Shown: piece by piece, positions 1 through 10,014 of the stretch
Layout: every line of letters starts with the position of its first letter
Numbering within the stretch: position 1 is the stretch's first letter
Origin: Piedraia hortae CBS 480.64
Lineage: Eukaryota
Direction of reading: 5' to 3'
NCBI GenBank assembly: GCA_010093745.1
Contig: MU005963.1
Location: 144,217-208,216, forward strand
Length of the DNA: 64,000 nucleotides
Made by a program: the position numbers and the translations under genes
The notes under the pieces: generated by a model
The model's input: only the letters and a program-made list of their open reading frames with translations
Database searches by the model: none
What the model was told of the DNA's origin: nothing

Positions 1-1
1 C

Positions 2-145
2 AAGCCAAACTTTGATCTCATGATGGGTCAGAAGAGCCGCCCGCCGGAGTGCGTGTCCCTTGCGTGGTCCGCCGACGGCCAGACGCTCTTCTCTGGCTAC
101 ACGGACAACAAGATTCGCGCGTGGGGAGTCATGAGCCGCTCGTAA
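2..145 (+). CDS. cpc2: 3' end of RACK1/Asc1/Cpc2 WD40 ribosomal scaffold protein (partial, enters from window edge)
   Basis: Frame from nt 2 reads [47 protein letters not shown], the characteristic last WD repeat of RACK1; TAA at 143-145. Confidence 0.93.
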   Translation, partial: KPNFDLMMGQKSRPPECVSLAWSADGQTLFSGYTDNKIRAWGVMSRS

Positions 146-376
146 GCTATGTGATGAGGGGACGGCACGATGATGCTCGATACGAGGACCGGCAGCTTTG
201 TGGGCAGTGGACTAGGGTTGTCGACGTCTGATGAAAGGTCGCAGCGGTGCACGTGTCTATAGAAAAATGAAAGATTTCTATCCTTTCGCCGTGACGCCCA
301 GTGCATTGTCATGGATGCTAAAGGACGCGGATGCTAAAGGACAAGTTCCATCCATAACGCCATCAAAAGACCTACT

Positions 377-1054
377 TCACCTCGTCTCATCCGATAAAAT
401 CGGCTCTGGGTTCAGGATTGCAAGGCGCATACGGTGCAGCTGTTCATGTTAGTATACAGAAGATACTGGCGGGTGAAAGACTTACCGCTGGCAACTTGGG
501 CACCACTACTGCCAACGTGGCCATGAAGTTGATCATGAAATACGTCAGGTTGTAGTAGGTGTAATGTGTGCTGATGAGGAACAGACAGATGGGCACAGCC
601 GTCAGAAACTTCTTGGCGGGGGTGTACTGGTCGCCATTGTCGATTTGCTCCCACAGGTTGAGGTTATCGTATGCGCCGGCATTGAACTCAAACGGGATGC
701 CGCGTACCCAGTGAAACATGAGGTAGGAGCCGGCCATGTACGTGGTGTTGGTGAGGGTCCATGAAGTCTCCTGCGAGATAGACGGTACAACGTCGTAAAC
801 AATTTTTAGTAGACAGATGAGGATAATGTGGATCATCCATGCGCCTGTCACTGTCAGCCAAGAGGTCGGAAGGCGGGGAAAGGGGGGGGGGGGAAGGAGG
901 GGGAAGGGAAGGATGCCGTACCCTTGGCATACACCCACTGCGCATTAAGATTAGGCATGGTAGCCTGGTCGCTCTGTTGCTCTAAGCTCTCGGGCGGTTC
1001 CTGGTACACCAGACTACTGCTCCGTCGCCGCCGCCGCTTGCCCTGCTGACCCAT
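377..1054 (-). CDS. ORM1: ORMDL-family sphingolipid homeostasis protein; 3 exons (1054-922, 844-486, 439-377)
   Basis: Spliced reading MGQQGKRRRRRSSS...NLNAQWVYAKG|AWMIH...FHWVRGIPFEFNAGAYDNLNLWEQID...VPKLPA|LHRMR; GT-AG introns 921-845 and 485-440 with GCTGAC/ACTAAC branch sites. Confidence 0.95.
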
Positions 1055-1598
1055 GCTCAGCTTCCTCTCGGCCGTCTGCACGCACAGCGGCTGCTCACTG
1101 GCCTCTGTTGCGCTTCTTGTCCGACCAGCCGGCTCGACAAATGTGATTGTGCTCGTCGTGGGACGGCGGAGTGTGGCGGTCGACGACATTTCTTTGGGTG
1201 CTGGCGTCGCCGGATACAGCGAGGATGGGGCGATCTTGCGCAGAAATTTTGGTGGAAACGCCACGATGACGGTCGCTGAATGGTTGATATGGGTATATTG
1301 AATTCGAAAGCTTTTATTTGAAGGAGTTTTTGTTCTCGTTGATTGATCGAATCGTCAAGATCCCTCTGCACGAGCCCCTCTGTGACGTTGTCACCCTAAC
1401 CCTTATTCGGGCCGACCCCTCTTCTATTCTGGAATAAACCTGGAACAGGAAGGCACGGCCCGTTGCATGGCCTCACATCTGCTTACGTGCGTCCGCTCTC
1501 CGCGTAATCTTGAGCCGCAAACGTGAACTTTGAAACTTGACCATTCACTCCTTACTCTTTCTTCTGCTCCATTGCCAGTTCTGTCTTTCTTTGTTGAG

Positions 1599-3218
1599 AT
1601 GGCACACATGTACACTGCCGTCCAACACCCACCAACTGCTCCACGTGAGCCTCAATCCATGACCCGAATGACCTCATCAGTGCCACCCATGCCCCTTGCA
1701 CCCATGGCTGGCAGTCGTAAAAGGTGCTATCCTGAATGTCCTGGCCTGACAGATTTGGGGAAGCGTCCCAGAATAGAAGGCAACAGCCCTCAGCCCTCGG
1801 GCGCGTATTCTGCCATCATCAAGCAGGGCAAGCCGGCCAACTCTGATGAGCGTCGCTTTACTGGGAAGATGACGGTCAGCTTCATCAAGGACGAGCCTTT
1901 CAGATCACACATTCGCATGAAGATGCAGGAGAAACCACTTCTAAACATTGAAGAGTTTGTGAAAAGCTGCATGAAGAAGGGAGCGTCATTCCGAAAGACG
2001 GCGACGTCAACGATGCAGGAATGGGAAGAACTTGGTCGTCTGGAGGATTTTCTCAGGGACAACCTGACATGGGCCGATCTCGGCAGCTATCCGGCTCTTC
2101 TAGATTATGCTCGCACCATTTCCCGAGAGCACAATTGTCCAAACAACCCTGTATATGCTCTCTTGGCCATCTTGCATGGCGACAAACCCATGTGCAAGGC
2201 CAAGGCGCGGGAGTGCATCAAAAGGGTTGTTACCAGTCAGCACACGGGTCAAACGGGAGTTGATCCAAGCCCGCCAGCCTCTGTGCCCAACGTATCCAAT
2301 GGCGATGACCTTGATGCGCCGGCGAAAGCTGAGCGGGGATTCACGCCGCCAGCAGACGAGACTCGGCCTGTGAATGTGAGACCCCAAACTCTGGCCAGTG
2401 GCTTCCCGCGTGCAAGCAGTGTACAGCCTCTGAGACCAGCTTTAGCGGGAATCCGTCCCACTCAAGGCCCCACGAATGGTCGCTCCTCGGCTAAATCCCC
2501 AGTTCAGTTTGGCGGCCAACCCACAAACGGCAACCCCGCAGCTGCAATTGTCGGTCAGGCCCGGGGAAGCTACGCCCGAGCCCCTGGCATGAACGGCCAC
2601 GCATTGCCTCACATGCGCCCAAACGGTGCTGCGTCGCCGCGCCTCTTGGTGCGTGACTTATCGGAGTCCGACAAGATGGCGCAGATGCGTTATTTTGGCA
2701 TCGTGGACCAGCAGGCACCGGCACGCTGTCTCAACTGCGCTCGGACTGGCCATCTGCAGAGCGCGTGTCCACGCAATAATTGCAGACACTGCAAAGGTCG
2801 CCACCCCGCGAGCGCCTGCCCGTCCAATCCCAAGTGCGGCAGCTGTCGTGAACGCGGCCACAGGGCTGCGAATTGCCATGACGCTCCAGCAAGTGGACGC
2901 CAGATGGCAGATGTTTGTGAGGTTTGCCAGGAGCCCCACCACGTCGAAGCAAACTGCCCTCGTCTGGGCTGCACTTATACCAATCAAGGCAGCAAGCCTA
3001 GTCCTGCCCCAAAGCTCAAAATCTCTTGCTACAATTGCGGCAGCTCTTATCACTGGGGTGATGATTGCCCTGATTTGCCCTCTTTTCTAAGAGGAGTGCC
3101 TGGCACCTGGTCGGCTAAGGGTGCAGATGCAGCAATTGGAAAGCAACAGAACACGGTGGCTCAGCCCGTTCAGCCCGTTCAGCCCGCCATGATGCTTGAT
3201 GACACGAGAGATTACTAG
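1599..3218 (+). CDS. Multi CCHC zinc-knuckle protein, Air1/Air2 (TRAMP)-like
   Basis: About five knuckle-like motifs (CLNCARTGHLQSAC, CRHCKGRH, CGSCRERGHRAANC, CEVCQEPHH, CYNCGSSYHWGDDC) preceded by RYF; first ATG at 1599. Confidence 0.72.
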   Translation: MAHMYTAVQHPPTAPREPQSMTRMTSSVPPMPLAPMAGSRKRCYPECPGLTDLGKRPRIEGNSPQPSGAYSAIIKQGKPANSDERRFTGKMTVSFIKDEPFRSHIRMKMQEKPLLNIEEFVKSCMKKGASFRKTATSTMQEWEELGRLEDFLRDNLTWADLGSYPALLDYARTISREHNCPNNPVYALLAILHGDKPMCKAKARECIKRVVTSQHTGQTGVDPSPPASVPNVSNGDDLDAPAKAERGFTPPADETRPVNVRPQTLASGFPRASSVQPLRPALAGIRPTQGPTNGRSSAKSPVQFGGQPTNGNPAAAIVGQARGSYARAPGMNGHALPHMRPNGAASPRLLVRDLSESDKMAQMRYFGIVDQQAPARCLNCARTGHLQSACPRNNCRHCKGRHPASACPSNPKCGSCRERGHRAANCHDAPASGRQMADVCEVCQEPHHVEANCPRLGCTYTNQGSKPSPAPKLKISCYNCGSSYHWGDDCPDLPSFLRGVPGTWSAKGADAAIGKQQNTVAQPVQPVQPAMMLDDTRDY

Positions 3219-3236
3219 CTAACCAGCGCGGGAGAC

Positions 3237-3444
3237 GGAATGCATACTAACGTGTACCTTATTGTAAAAATATTGTAATCCCAACAGCTTTGAGCCCATT
3301 ATCTTGGCCTCTAAGATCTCCCATGCACTATACAGATTTTTGTGGTGATGTGGAGGCCAAGGTAACCATGTTCGTCTCGCTTTGGCCTGGAATGTATGCT
3401 TGTCGCAATGGAATGATGGGTCGACCAGCAGAAAGCTTCATTCT
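3237..3444. promoter_or_regulatory. Cluster of four AbaA/TEA-type CATTCY elements upstream of wetA
   Basis: GGAATG at 3237, 3389 and 3410 and CATTCT at 3439, all within the 372-bp intergenic region. Confidence 0.5.
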
Positions 3445-3590
3445 TCTGTTGCCATGGCATAAGCTATGTTGACCAAACGGTATCTACCATGATCTCGTCT
3501 CGGTGTTTTTCCTCTTCTTCTAATCCCGCACGAAAACGAGTCCTTGATTGACAATTCATCGTCACCTGGAGTAGAAAGGACGTATCAAAG

Positions 3591-5339
3591 ATGACAATGT
3601 CGCAGTACCAAATCCGGCCTGCAAACAAAGAACCCGAATGGAGCACGCTCTGTGACAACGTATTTAACGATTACTTCTTCGACGACTATGACGACGATTG
3701 CTTATACGCTTTCTCGACAGAAGTTGCCCCCAATCCTCCTGACCACACAGCAGCCGAATCTTCGGCTCCAACAATGTATAATCTTGAGCAAGAGTCTCCC
3801 ATTGAATTGTCAACACCAGCACCATCAACATTTTGGAAACGAACTGTTCAGGAACTCGAAAGGAGCGTCGAGTCGGGTTGCAGTAATACACCCACCGATA
3901 AGGAATACACTGAAGTTTTCAGTAGACCTGCTGCAGGTTTTCACCCTGATTTCCTTAGTTTAGGTGGCTGTCCCTCGCCCCCGGTCATATCAACGCCTGC
4001 AAGTACCCTTTGCATTCAGCGTCAGCGGCCTCGGAACTTTGCAGACAACACTCCTTGTAGGGGAAAAGCATCCCAAGCACGATCGAAATCCCGCGGATCT
4101 CAAATCGGAGATTGTTCGCTCTCTCGGGGACCAGCTCGTTCCATCTCACGAGGACCCCAATCTGGAATCCGAAAACCCCTTCCTAACAATAACTCGTTCA
4201 AGCCACGATACCACACGGAAAGAATGTTGACTCGACCGACTCGATCACGCTCGGGCTTCCAAGAAGCCTGGGCCGCGCGTAGCCAATGCGGCCCCAAGCT
4301 CTTCATCGAGCCATCACAGATGTTCAACACATACCCTGACTCTCCGCCGAAAAGCACGACCTTGTTCCAGGAGCATGAAGATGAAGACTTTGCTGCATTT
4401 GGAGCCGCTCAGAACTTCTTGGGCCCCAACGCAGTTGACGAGCAGATGGGTCCATTGATCGGCTCGCTAAAGCTGAAGTCGCGTCTCCCTTCTCCAGCTA
4501 CAGACGGGTTGGAGAGAAGCTATCCACCTTCAATACCCCTGTCGATGCCTGGTGAGGCTGAGCTTTTGTACAATTGCACCACAGAAGCAATGCAGAATTT
4601 CGACTTCGGATTTACTTCGTCCCCCGTTGCTGGCGAAGGCAACTTCTTGACCATGAACCCCAACCTAGCGGTACCCCCCAGCATGGAAGAAAGTTATGTC
4701 CCAATATACCCATACCAAATACCACCGGTGCATAGAGAAAGGGACTTTATCATGCCAGAAATTCTGCATCAGCCACTGCATGGGGAGATGCCACCACAAA
4801 CATGCGCACCTGGAATGGTCTATCCATCAAATTCTGTTGGATCGAGCGTGCCGCTGGCCGCAAGCCCATCGTCAGTGGCAGAACATGGAAGCTGGACAGC
4901 TCCATCCACACCGCATCGGTCTACATTCACCAACACGACCACTGGGGCAGTGACGCCTGTGCACGAGCAACGTGGTCGCAATCCCGTCATCACACCTTCC
5001 GCTGCCCGCACGCGCGCGCGGCGACCTTCATCAGCGTTTTCCCCCAAGCCTAATGGCCACAACACCCGGACAAGAGGTGGTGCAGGCTCGAAACACCACA
5101 GGGCAAAGAGCATGAGTACCTTCCCGTCGCCCGATAAGAATGGGTTTGTCAACCTCACGGCCAACGATAGCACCAAGATTCTCAGCGGTGTAGCGCCTTC
5201 GGGAAGCTCCAAGACCAAGGCAAGGAGGGAGAAGGAGCTTGCGGAGAAGCAGAGACGGCTTAGCCTGGCAGCTCTCAAAGCTGTTCAGAAGGCTGGTGGG
5301 GATGTGGGCTCACTGCATTTGGGGATTGGGGTTGAGTGA
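3591..5339 (+). CDS. wetA: Developmental regulator WetA (ESC1/WetA DNA-binding domain)
   Basis: C-terminal GFVNLTANDSTKILSGVAPSGSSKTKARREKE is the WetA/ESC1 signature; long S/P-rich disordered N-terminus. Confidence 0.9.
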   Translation: MTMSQYQIRPANKEPEWSTLCDNVFNDYFFDDYDDDCLYAFSTEVAPNPPDHTAAESSAPTMYNLEQESPIELSTPAPSTFWKRTVQELERSVESGCSNTPTDKEYTEVFSRPAAGFHPDFLSLGGCPSPPVISTPASTLCIQRQRPRNFADNTPCRGKASQARSKSRGSQIGDCSLSRGPARSISRGPQSGIRKPLPNNNSFKPRYHTERMLTRPTRSRSGFQEAWAARSQCGPKLFIEPSQMFNTYPDSPPKSTTLFQEHEDEDFAAFGAAQNFLGPNAVDEQMGPLIGSLKLKSRLPSPATDGLERSYPPSIPLSMPGEAELLYNCTTEAMQNFDFGFTSSPVAGEGNFLTMNPNLAVPPSMEESYVPIYPYQIPPVHRERDFIMPEILHQPLHGEMPPQTCAPGMVYPSNSVGSSVPLAASPSSVAEHGSWTAPSTPHRSTFTNTTTGAVTPVHEQRGRNPVITPSAARTRARRPSSAFSPKPNGHNTRTRGGAGSKHHRAKSMSTFPSPDKNGFVNLTANDSTKILSGVAPSGSSKTKARREKELAEKQRRLSLAALKAVQKAGGDVGSLHLGIGVE

Positions 5340-5531
5340 GAGAGGTATCAATATCGCGAAGAGAGGAGGTGTCAAACATTTAATGAAGATGTAAGTCGAG
5401 CAAAGTTGGCGAGTAATCAGTTCATGTTCCACTTTTCGAACTCTCAACTTCGGTATTGTGTTGTGGGCCGAAGTAAGCCCGAGCTCGGATCGTTGAAGCC
5501 GGCGCAAATGGTTCCTCTCACTCCCATCATC

Positions 5532-6426
5532 ATGTCTTGCGCAGCTCTCCGCAACGGCTGTCGCTTGGCCATCAGGCTACATGCCAGACCATTCAGCACC
5601 AGCGGCCGATGTCCTGTCAATCTGAACGACCGATGCAACGACACTGCCGAACTGTACCGCAAGTTCCAATTGGAGAAGCCGCTGAATCCTCATATCACCA
5701 ACACAACGTCCACCATCACCAATGAGATGCCGTCGGTCGGTGCAGGTTCTGCGCCGGCCGAACTCCTCACCAACGCGGACCCCAAATTTACCCCCGTCGA
5801 CTCTGACCCGGCGAATACCAAGCACATGACGGGTGGCACTCAGGACTCCGGCAAGAAAGAATACGATGTAGGTGAACTCGAGGGCGGCTCGTTTCGTGTC
5901 GAGCCTCTTCGACGCACTGGCGAAGACATGGAGACGATGCGCGCCCGCCTTCTCTGTACGCCCTTTAAACACTGATAGAGACCGAGAACTAACTTTGGGT
6001 GCGATAGACCAGTGCCGCAAACGGGGGACGCTAGAGTCGGACTTGCTCCTCTCTACTTTTGCGGATGCTCAGCTCACGAGCATGTCTCGGGAGATGTTGG
6101 AGCAATTCGACAGGTTCTTGGACGAAAACGATTGGGATATTTACTACTGGGCTACGCAGCAGCCGTCGCCAACTGCGGTGGAGGCTGCTGAGGGAACTGT
6201 TTCTTCGAAGGACGAACACGTGAGACATCATTCGGGTGAATGGGCGCAAACTGTGGGTACTTTTAAAGCTGCGTTTCGACCGGTGCCATCGCGTTGGAGG
6301 GATAGTGAACTCCTGTCCATGCTGAGGAAACATGTGGTTGATCGCAGTTCAAAGGGCGCTCAGTTTGGAGCTTCGGACAATTCAGGTAAAGGGATGGGCT
6401 TCATGCCTCGTCTGAATACTGCCTGA
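5532..6426 (+). CDS. SDH5: Succinate dehydrogenase assembly factor 2 (flavinator); intron 5956-6007
   Basis: [24 protein letters not shown]...[15 protein letters not shown] after removing a 52-nt GTACGC...ACTAAC...TAG intron; mitochondrial-type N-terminus. Alternative ATG at 5508. Confidence 0.93.
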
Positions 6427-6568
6427 TGTAGCCATGTAGAACCATTTCCCTTGATTCGCTACTTTGCTTCTATCCGACAGAGTTTCTTGTGGGTCCTATC
6501 TAACCACTGTGGGCCTCCACATCCTACCCCAAGCCGTATACGACTCACTCAACCACAACTCGCCCACC

Positions 6569-7555
6569 ATGACCGAACCCCTCACGCAATCCCAACTCCA
6601 ATCATTCCACTCAAACGGCTACCTCATCATCCCCAATTACCTCAACCCCACCCAAGTCACCTCCCTCCTCACCGAAACGAACCACCTCCTCCAAACCTTC
6701 GACCTCTCAACCCACCCCATGACGCGCTTCTCCACTGGGACCAAGACCCCTCACATCGGGGACGCCTACTTTCTCACCTCGGGTGATAAAATCCATTTCT
6801 TCTTCGAAGAAGACGCCTTCACGCCAACCGGAACCCTGTCCAAACCAAAACACCTCGCCATAAACAAAATCGGGCATTACTTGCACCACCTCTCCCCTCC
6901 CTTCCGCGAAATAACCCTCACTGAAAGAACCGCGGGAACCGCAAAAGCGCTGGGGTTCAAAGATCCGAGGGTCCTACAGTCAATGGTGATTTGCAAGCAG
7001 CCGGAGATTGGGGGGAGTGTACCGCCCCATCAGGATTCGTGTTTTTTGTATACGGATCCGCCCTCGGCGGTGGGGTTTTGGTTCGCGTTGGAGGACTGTA
7101 CGAAGGAAAATGGGTGTTTGGCGTTCGCGAAGGGGAGTCATAAGCGCACGCCGCTGAGGAAGAGGTTTGTGAGGAATGAGGAGGGGACGGGGACGACTTT
7201 TGAGGAGAATGCAGGGGCACAGTGGCCGGAGGGATTGGTGCGGGAGGAGGGGAAAGAGGAGGAGGTTTTTGAGTTGGGGGAGGTCAAGGCTGGGTCGTTG
7301 GTGCTGATCCATGGGAATGTGTTGCATAAGAGTGAGAGGAATACGAGTGATAAGGGGAGGATGATTTACACGTTTCATGTTATTGAGGGGGAGAATAGAT
7401 ATGATCAGAGGAATTGGTTGCGGCCACCTGAGGGGGGGTTTACGAGGTTGTTTAGTGAGAGAATAGGTATGGAGGAGGTTTTCTTTCGTTGTGAAACTGT
7501 CCGTCTAGAGAAAGTCTGTCAATTGCTCCACTGTTATGCTTCGCACGTGGGATGA
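6569..7555 (+). CDS. Phytanoyl-CoA dioxygenase family protein (PHYHD1-like Fe/2OG dioxygenase)
   Basis: QSMVICKQPEIGGSVPPHQD (HxD), WFALEDCTKENGCL, GSLVLIHGNVLHKS. Confidence 0.9.
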   Translation: MTEPLTQSQLQSFHSNGYLIIPNYLNPTQVTSLLTETNHLLQTFDLSTHPMTRFSTGTKTPHIGDAYFLTSGDKIHFFFEEDAFTPTGTLSKPKHLAINKIGHYLHHLSPPFREITLTERTAGTAKALGFKDPRVLQSMVICKQPEIGGSVPPHQDSCFLYTDPPSAVGFWFALEDCTKENGCLAFAKGSHKRTPLRKRFVRNEEGTGTTFEENAGAQWPEGLVREEGKEEEVFELGEVKAGSLVLIHGNVLHKSERNTSDKGRMIYTFHVIEGENRYDQRNWLRPPEGGFTRLFSERIGMEEVFFRCETVRLEKVCQLLHCYASHVG

Positions 7556-7837
7556 ACGGGGAGCATGAAAGTTTCTTCGTCCAATAAAGTGGATTTCGCC
7601 ATGTGTCACATCACGTGCAGCACGTGAGCGAGGTTGTTCTCCCGACGGAGCGGCACCCGGAACAACCACAAAAAGTGCGACCAGGACGAGCTCACCATTA
7701 CCCACTGTATTTAGTACGTAGGATTTGGTGGCTTGGGGCGGTTGTGAAGACGATGCACTTTGGCCTTTCCGGGCCCAGTCTGACGCTCCTGCGGCCGTCC
7801 AGAACTCTTTCGTTGGAAGCTGCACGCTGCCGCCCAA

Positions 7838-9481
7838 ATGTCTTGCCGGCGGCCGTTCAAGTCTCGTGTTGGCCGCAAGCGAAGAGTTAGCGATGAAGTG
7901 GACGACGACGTCTCGCTCATTGTTGACGATTCGCTCACCGGAAGCTCCGTTGCCAGCGACGTCGACCTGGAAGGGGAAAGCGACGCCGAAGATCAGCCTG
8001 GGAAGGAAGAGAAACCCCAGCAAGATAAGAAAACTCGACATGCGTCACCCTCACGGTCGAAGCCCGACTCGGAGCCCGCTGCAGCTCAGCGGAGGCGAAA
8101 GAAGTATGACGGAGAGAGGCCTGTGGCTGCGCGGACGGCAAAGCAGCGGCAGTACAACGCCGGAGATGTCAATCCGTCCAAGGCAGAGACCACTGCCGGC
8201 GATGTATCGCTGCAGTCCAGAACGTCGTTGACACACGAGACGGTGGTGGGCACGGTGCAGATCAGAGTGCAGCTGCCAGGCATGAAATCCGCCATCAACC
8301 TCCCCCCAATGCCATGCAGACGGTACGTTTGTTTGCCTGACCATCGCCCGCCGCTGCGGAGGGACAAACCGGTGCGAATCTCGCTTCCAGGTCGCGCCCC
8401 AGAATACATCTTCCCGTCCCCGGAGCGGAGCTTCATCTTCATCCCGCGCCAGCACCGCCCAAACCACCCAAGCCGTAGCTATCTGGGCGGTCGTCGTGAC
8501 TCTTCGCATCGGGGCAGTGTTGGCCTGATGTTCCCCAGCAGACGCACCAGTTTCTTGGCCTCCAGCGTTGCCGCTAGTCGGCGCTCCTCTCTGGCCTGCG
8601 TCTCCCGCGCCGATGCCTTTTCGCCCGCATCCTTTGTAGGCGGAATGCCCCAGGGCCCACATTCACTCTCGAGGATGCCCTACAACTATCCCATGTCCAT
8701 GTACAGCATGTCCCCTGGGCAGTACTCCCCTTACTACAACGACGCGGCGCAAGTGTACAACTTCCCGCTGCCACAACAGCCAGCCTATCAGGGCACGCCC
8801 ACAAACGAGGTGTACCAGCCGCGACCTCAGAAGAACATCTCGGTCACAGGTATTGATCAGCCCGCGCTGGGACAGCCAAGTGGAGCTCCAGCCGACGCCC
8901 AGCCTTTCCAGAACCAACTGCCGGCTCATATGACAGAGCAGGCGGAAGCAAACAGCGCATATCATCTGCCCCCATATCAATCGGGCTTCCAGCCACAGCC
9001 GGGCCCGCACGCCACGCCGTTGAGTGGCATTCCGGAGCAAGCCGTGCACGCCGCCAGCTTCCAGCCCCCTGGCATGGCCATGTATGGGCCGGCGCCTATA
9101 TATTCGCAATTCGTTGCACCGCATGCGCAGCAGCCATACTACTACCTCGCGCGTCCGCCAGGCTACCTGTCGCCCATGGCAATGTACGTGGCCCCGCAGG
9201 ACTACGAGGCCGTGCCACAGCCGCCACAGTCAGTGGACGAGGCCTCGAGTGCGCAAGGCACAACAAAGCCGCAAGGCAGCGCAAATAAGAGCGACATGAT
9301 GGCCCACGAGGTCAACGGCATGGTTGTCTACATGCCACGGTCCGAGGCCGAGAAACAACAAAAAGAGGGACGCAGCTACCAGCCCGCCGAGGGCTTTGTG
9401 CCTTCTTGTGCTGTTTCCGCACCTCAACCAACGCCGCCGCCGCCGCCGCCAACTTCATACTACCAACCGCACCTGTTTTGA
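7838..9481 (+). CDS. Fungal CASC3/Barentsz-like protein, apparently lacking the Btz core
   Basis: Acidic N-terminus, VQIRVQLPGMK and LPDHRPPLRRDKPVRISLP...YIFPSPERSFIFIPR block, P/Q/Y-rich tail with HEVNGMVVY, as I recall for fungal Btz-domain proteins. Confidence 0.65.
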   Translation: MSCRRPFKSRVGRKRRVSDEVDDDVSLIVDDSLTGSSVASDVDLEGESDAEDQPGKEEKPQQDKKTRHASPSRSKPDSEPAAAQRRRKKYDGERPVAARTAKQRQYNAGDVNPSKAETTAGDVSLQSRTSLTHETVVGTVQIRVQLPGMKSAINLPPMPCRRYVCLPDHRPPLRRDKPVRISLPGRAPEYIFPSPERSFIFIPRQHRPNHPSRSYLGGRRDSSHRGSVGLMFPSRRTSFLASSVAASRRSSLACVSRADAFSPASFVGGMPQGPHSLSRMPYNYPMSMYSMSPGQYSPYYNDAAQVYNFPLPQQPAYQGTPTNEVYQPRPQKNISVTGIDQPALGQPSGAPADAQPFQNQLPAHMTEQAEANSAYHLPPYQSGFQPQPGPHATPLSGIPEQAVHAASFQPPGMAMYGPAPIYSQFVAPHAQQPYYYLARPPGYLSPMAMYVAPQDYEAVPQPPQSVDEASSAQGTTKPQGSANKSDMMAHEVNGMVVYMPRSEAEKQQKEGRSYQPAEGFVPSCAVSAPQPTPPPPPPTSYYQPHLF

Positions 9482-10014
9482 GTATCAGTCTCGTTTGTAT
9501 CCAGGAGGAGTTTTCATCGCTTTGCAGCATTCTAGTTCTATGGTCGCATTTACTCGTGTTTGGGGCAGCAAGCAAGCATGGCGCCGGGGTCGTACAGCAG
9601 CTACCGTTTGCGTCGAGACCCTGAGGTAAGGGAACATGGCCAATGGGTGTGTTTGTAATAGTTTGTGCGCTTCTGGAGGACATTTTCGTTGAGCTGCCAT
9701 CTGCAAGTCACCGTCATCTGTCATCTGTCGCCGCGCCGGCGTGTTTCACCTCGGTTGTGGGCTGACTCATCAGCCCCACGTAAGCTTACCCACCAGCCCC
9801 GGTCCATACGTAATCGCTATCTAAACCCTAACCGCCAGGCTGCGCCCATTTCCCCTCTTTCGTCGGTGACTGACACAACATCCCTTCACCCTTTTCCCTT
9901 TGACATTCACCCACGTAGAGCCCCTCGCCTTACGTGCTCTTGTCTGTGCTGTCATCTTCTCTCATCGGGCCCCTCCTCCACTTCCCCTCCTCTCCCCGCC
10001 CTCCATCGCCACCA

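Noticed and set aside
313..342. 14-bp direct repeat GGATGCTAAAGGAC x2; also 9-bp CAGCCCGTT repeats near 3162 and 10-bp TCCTGCATCT repeats near 13996
   Set aside because: Ordinary slippage duplications with no further structure.
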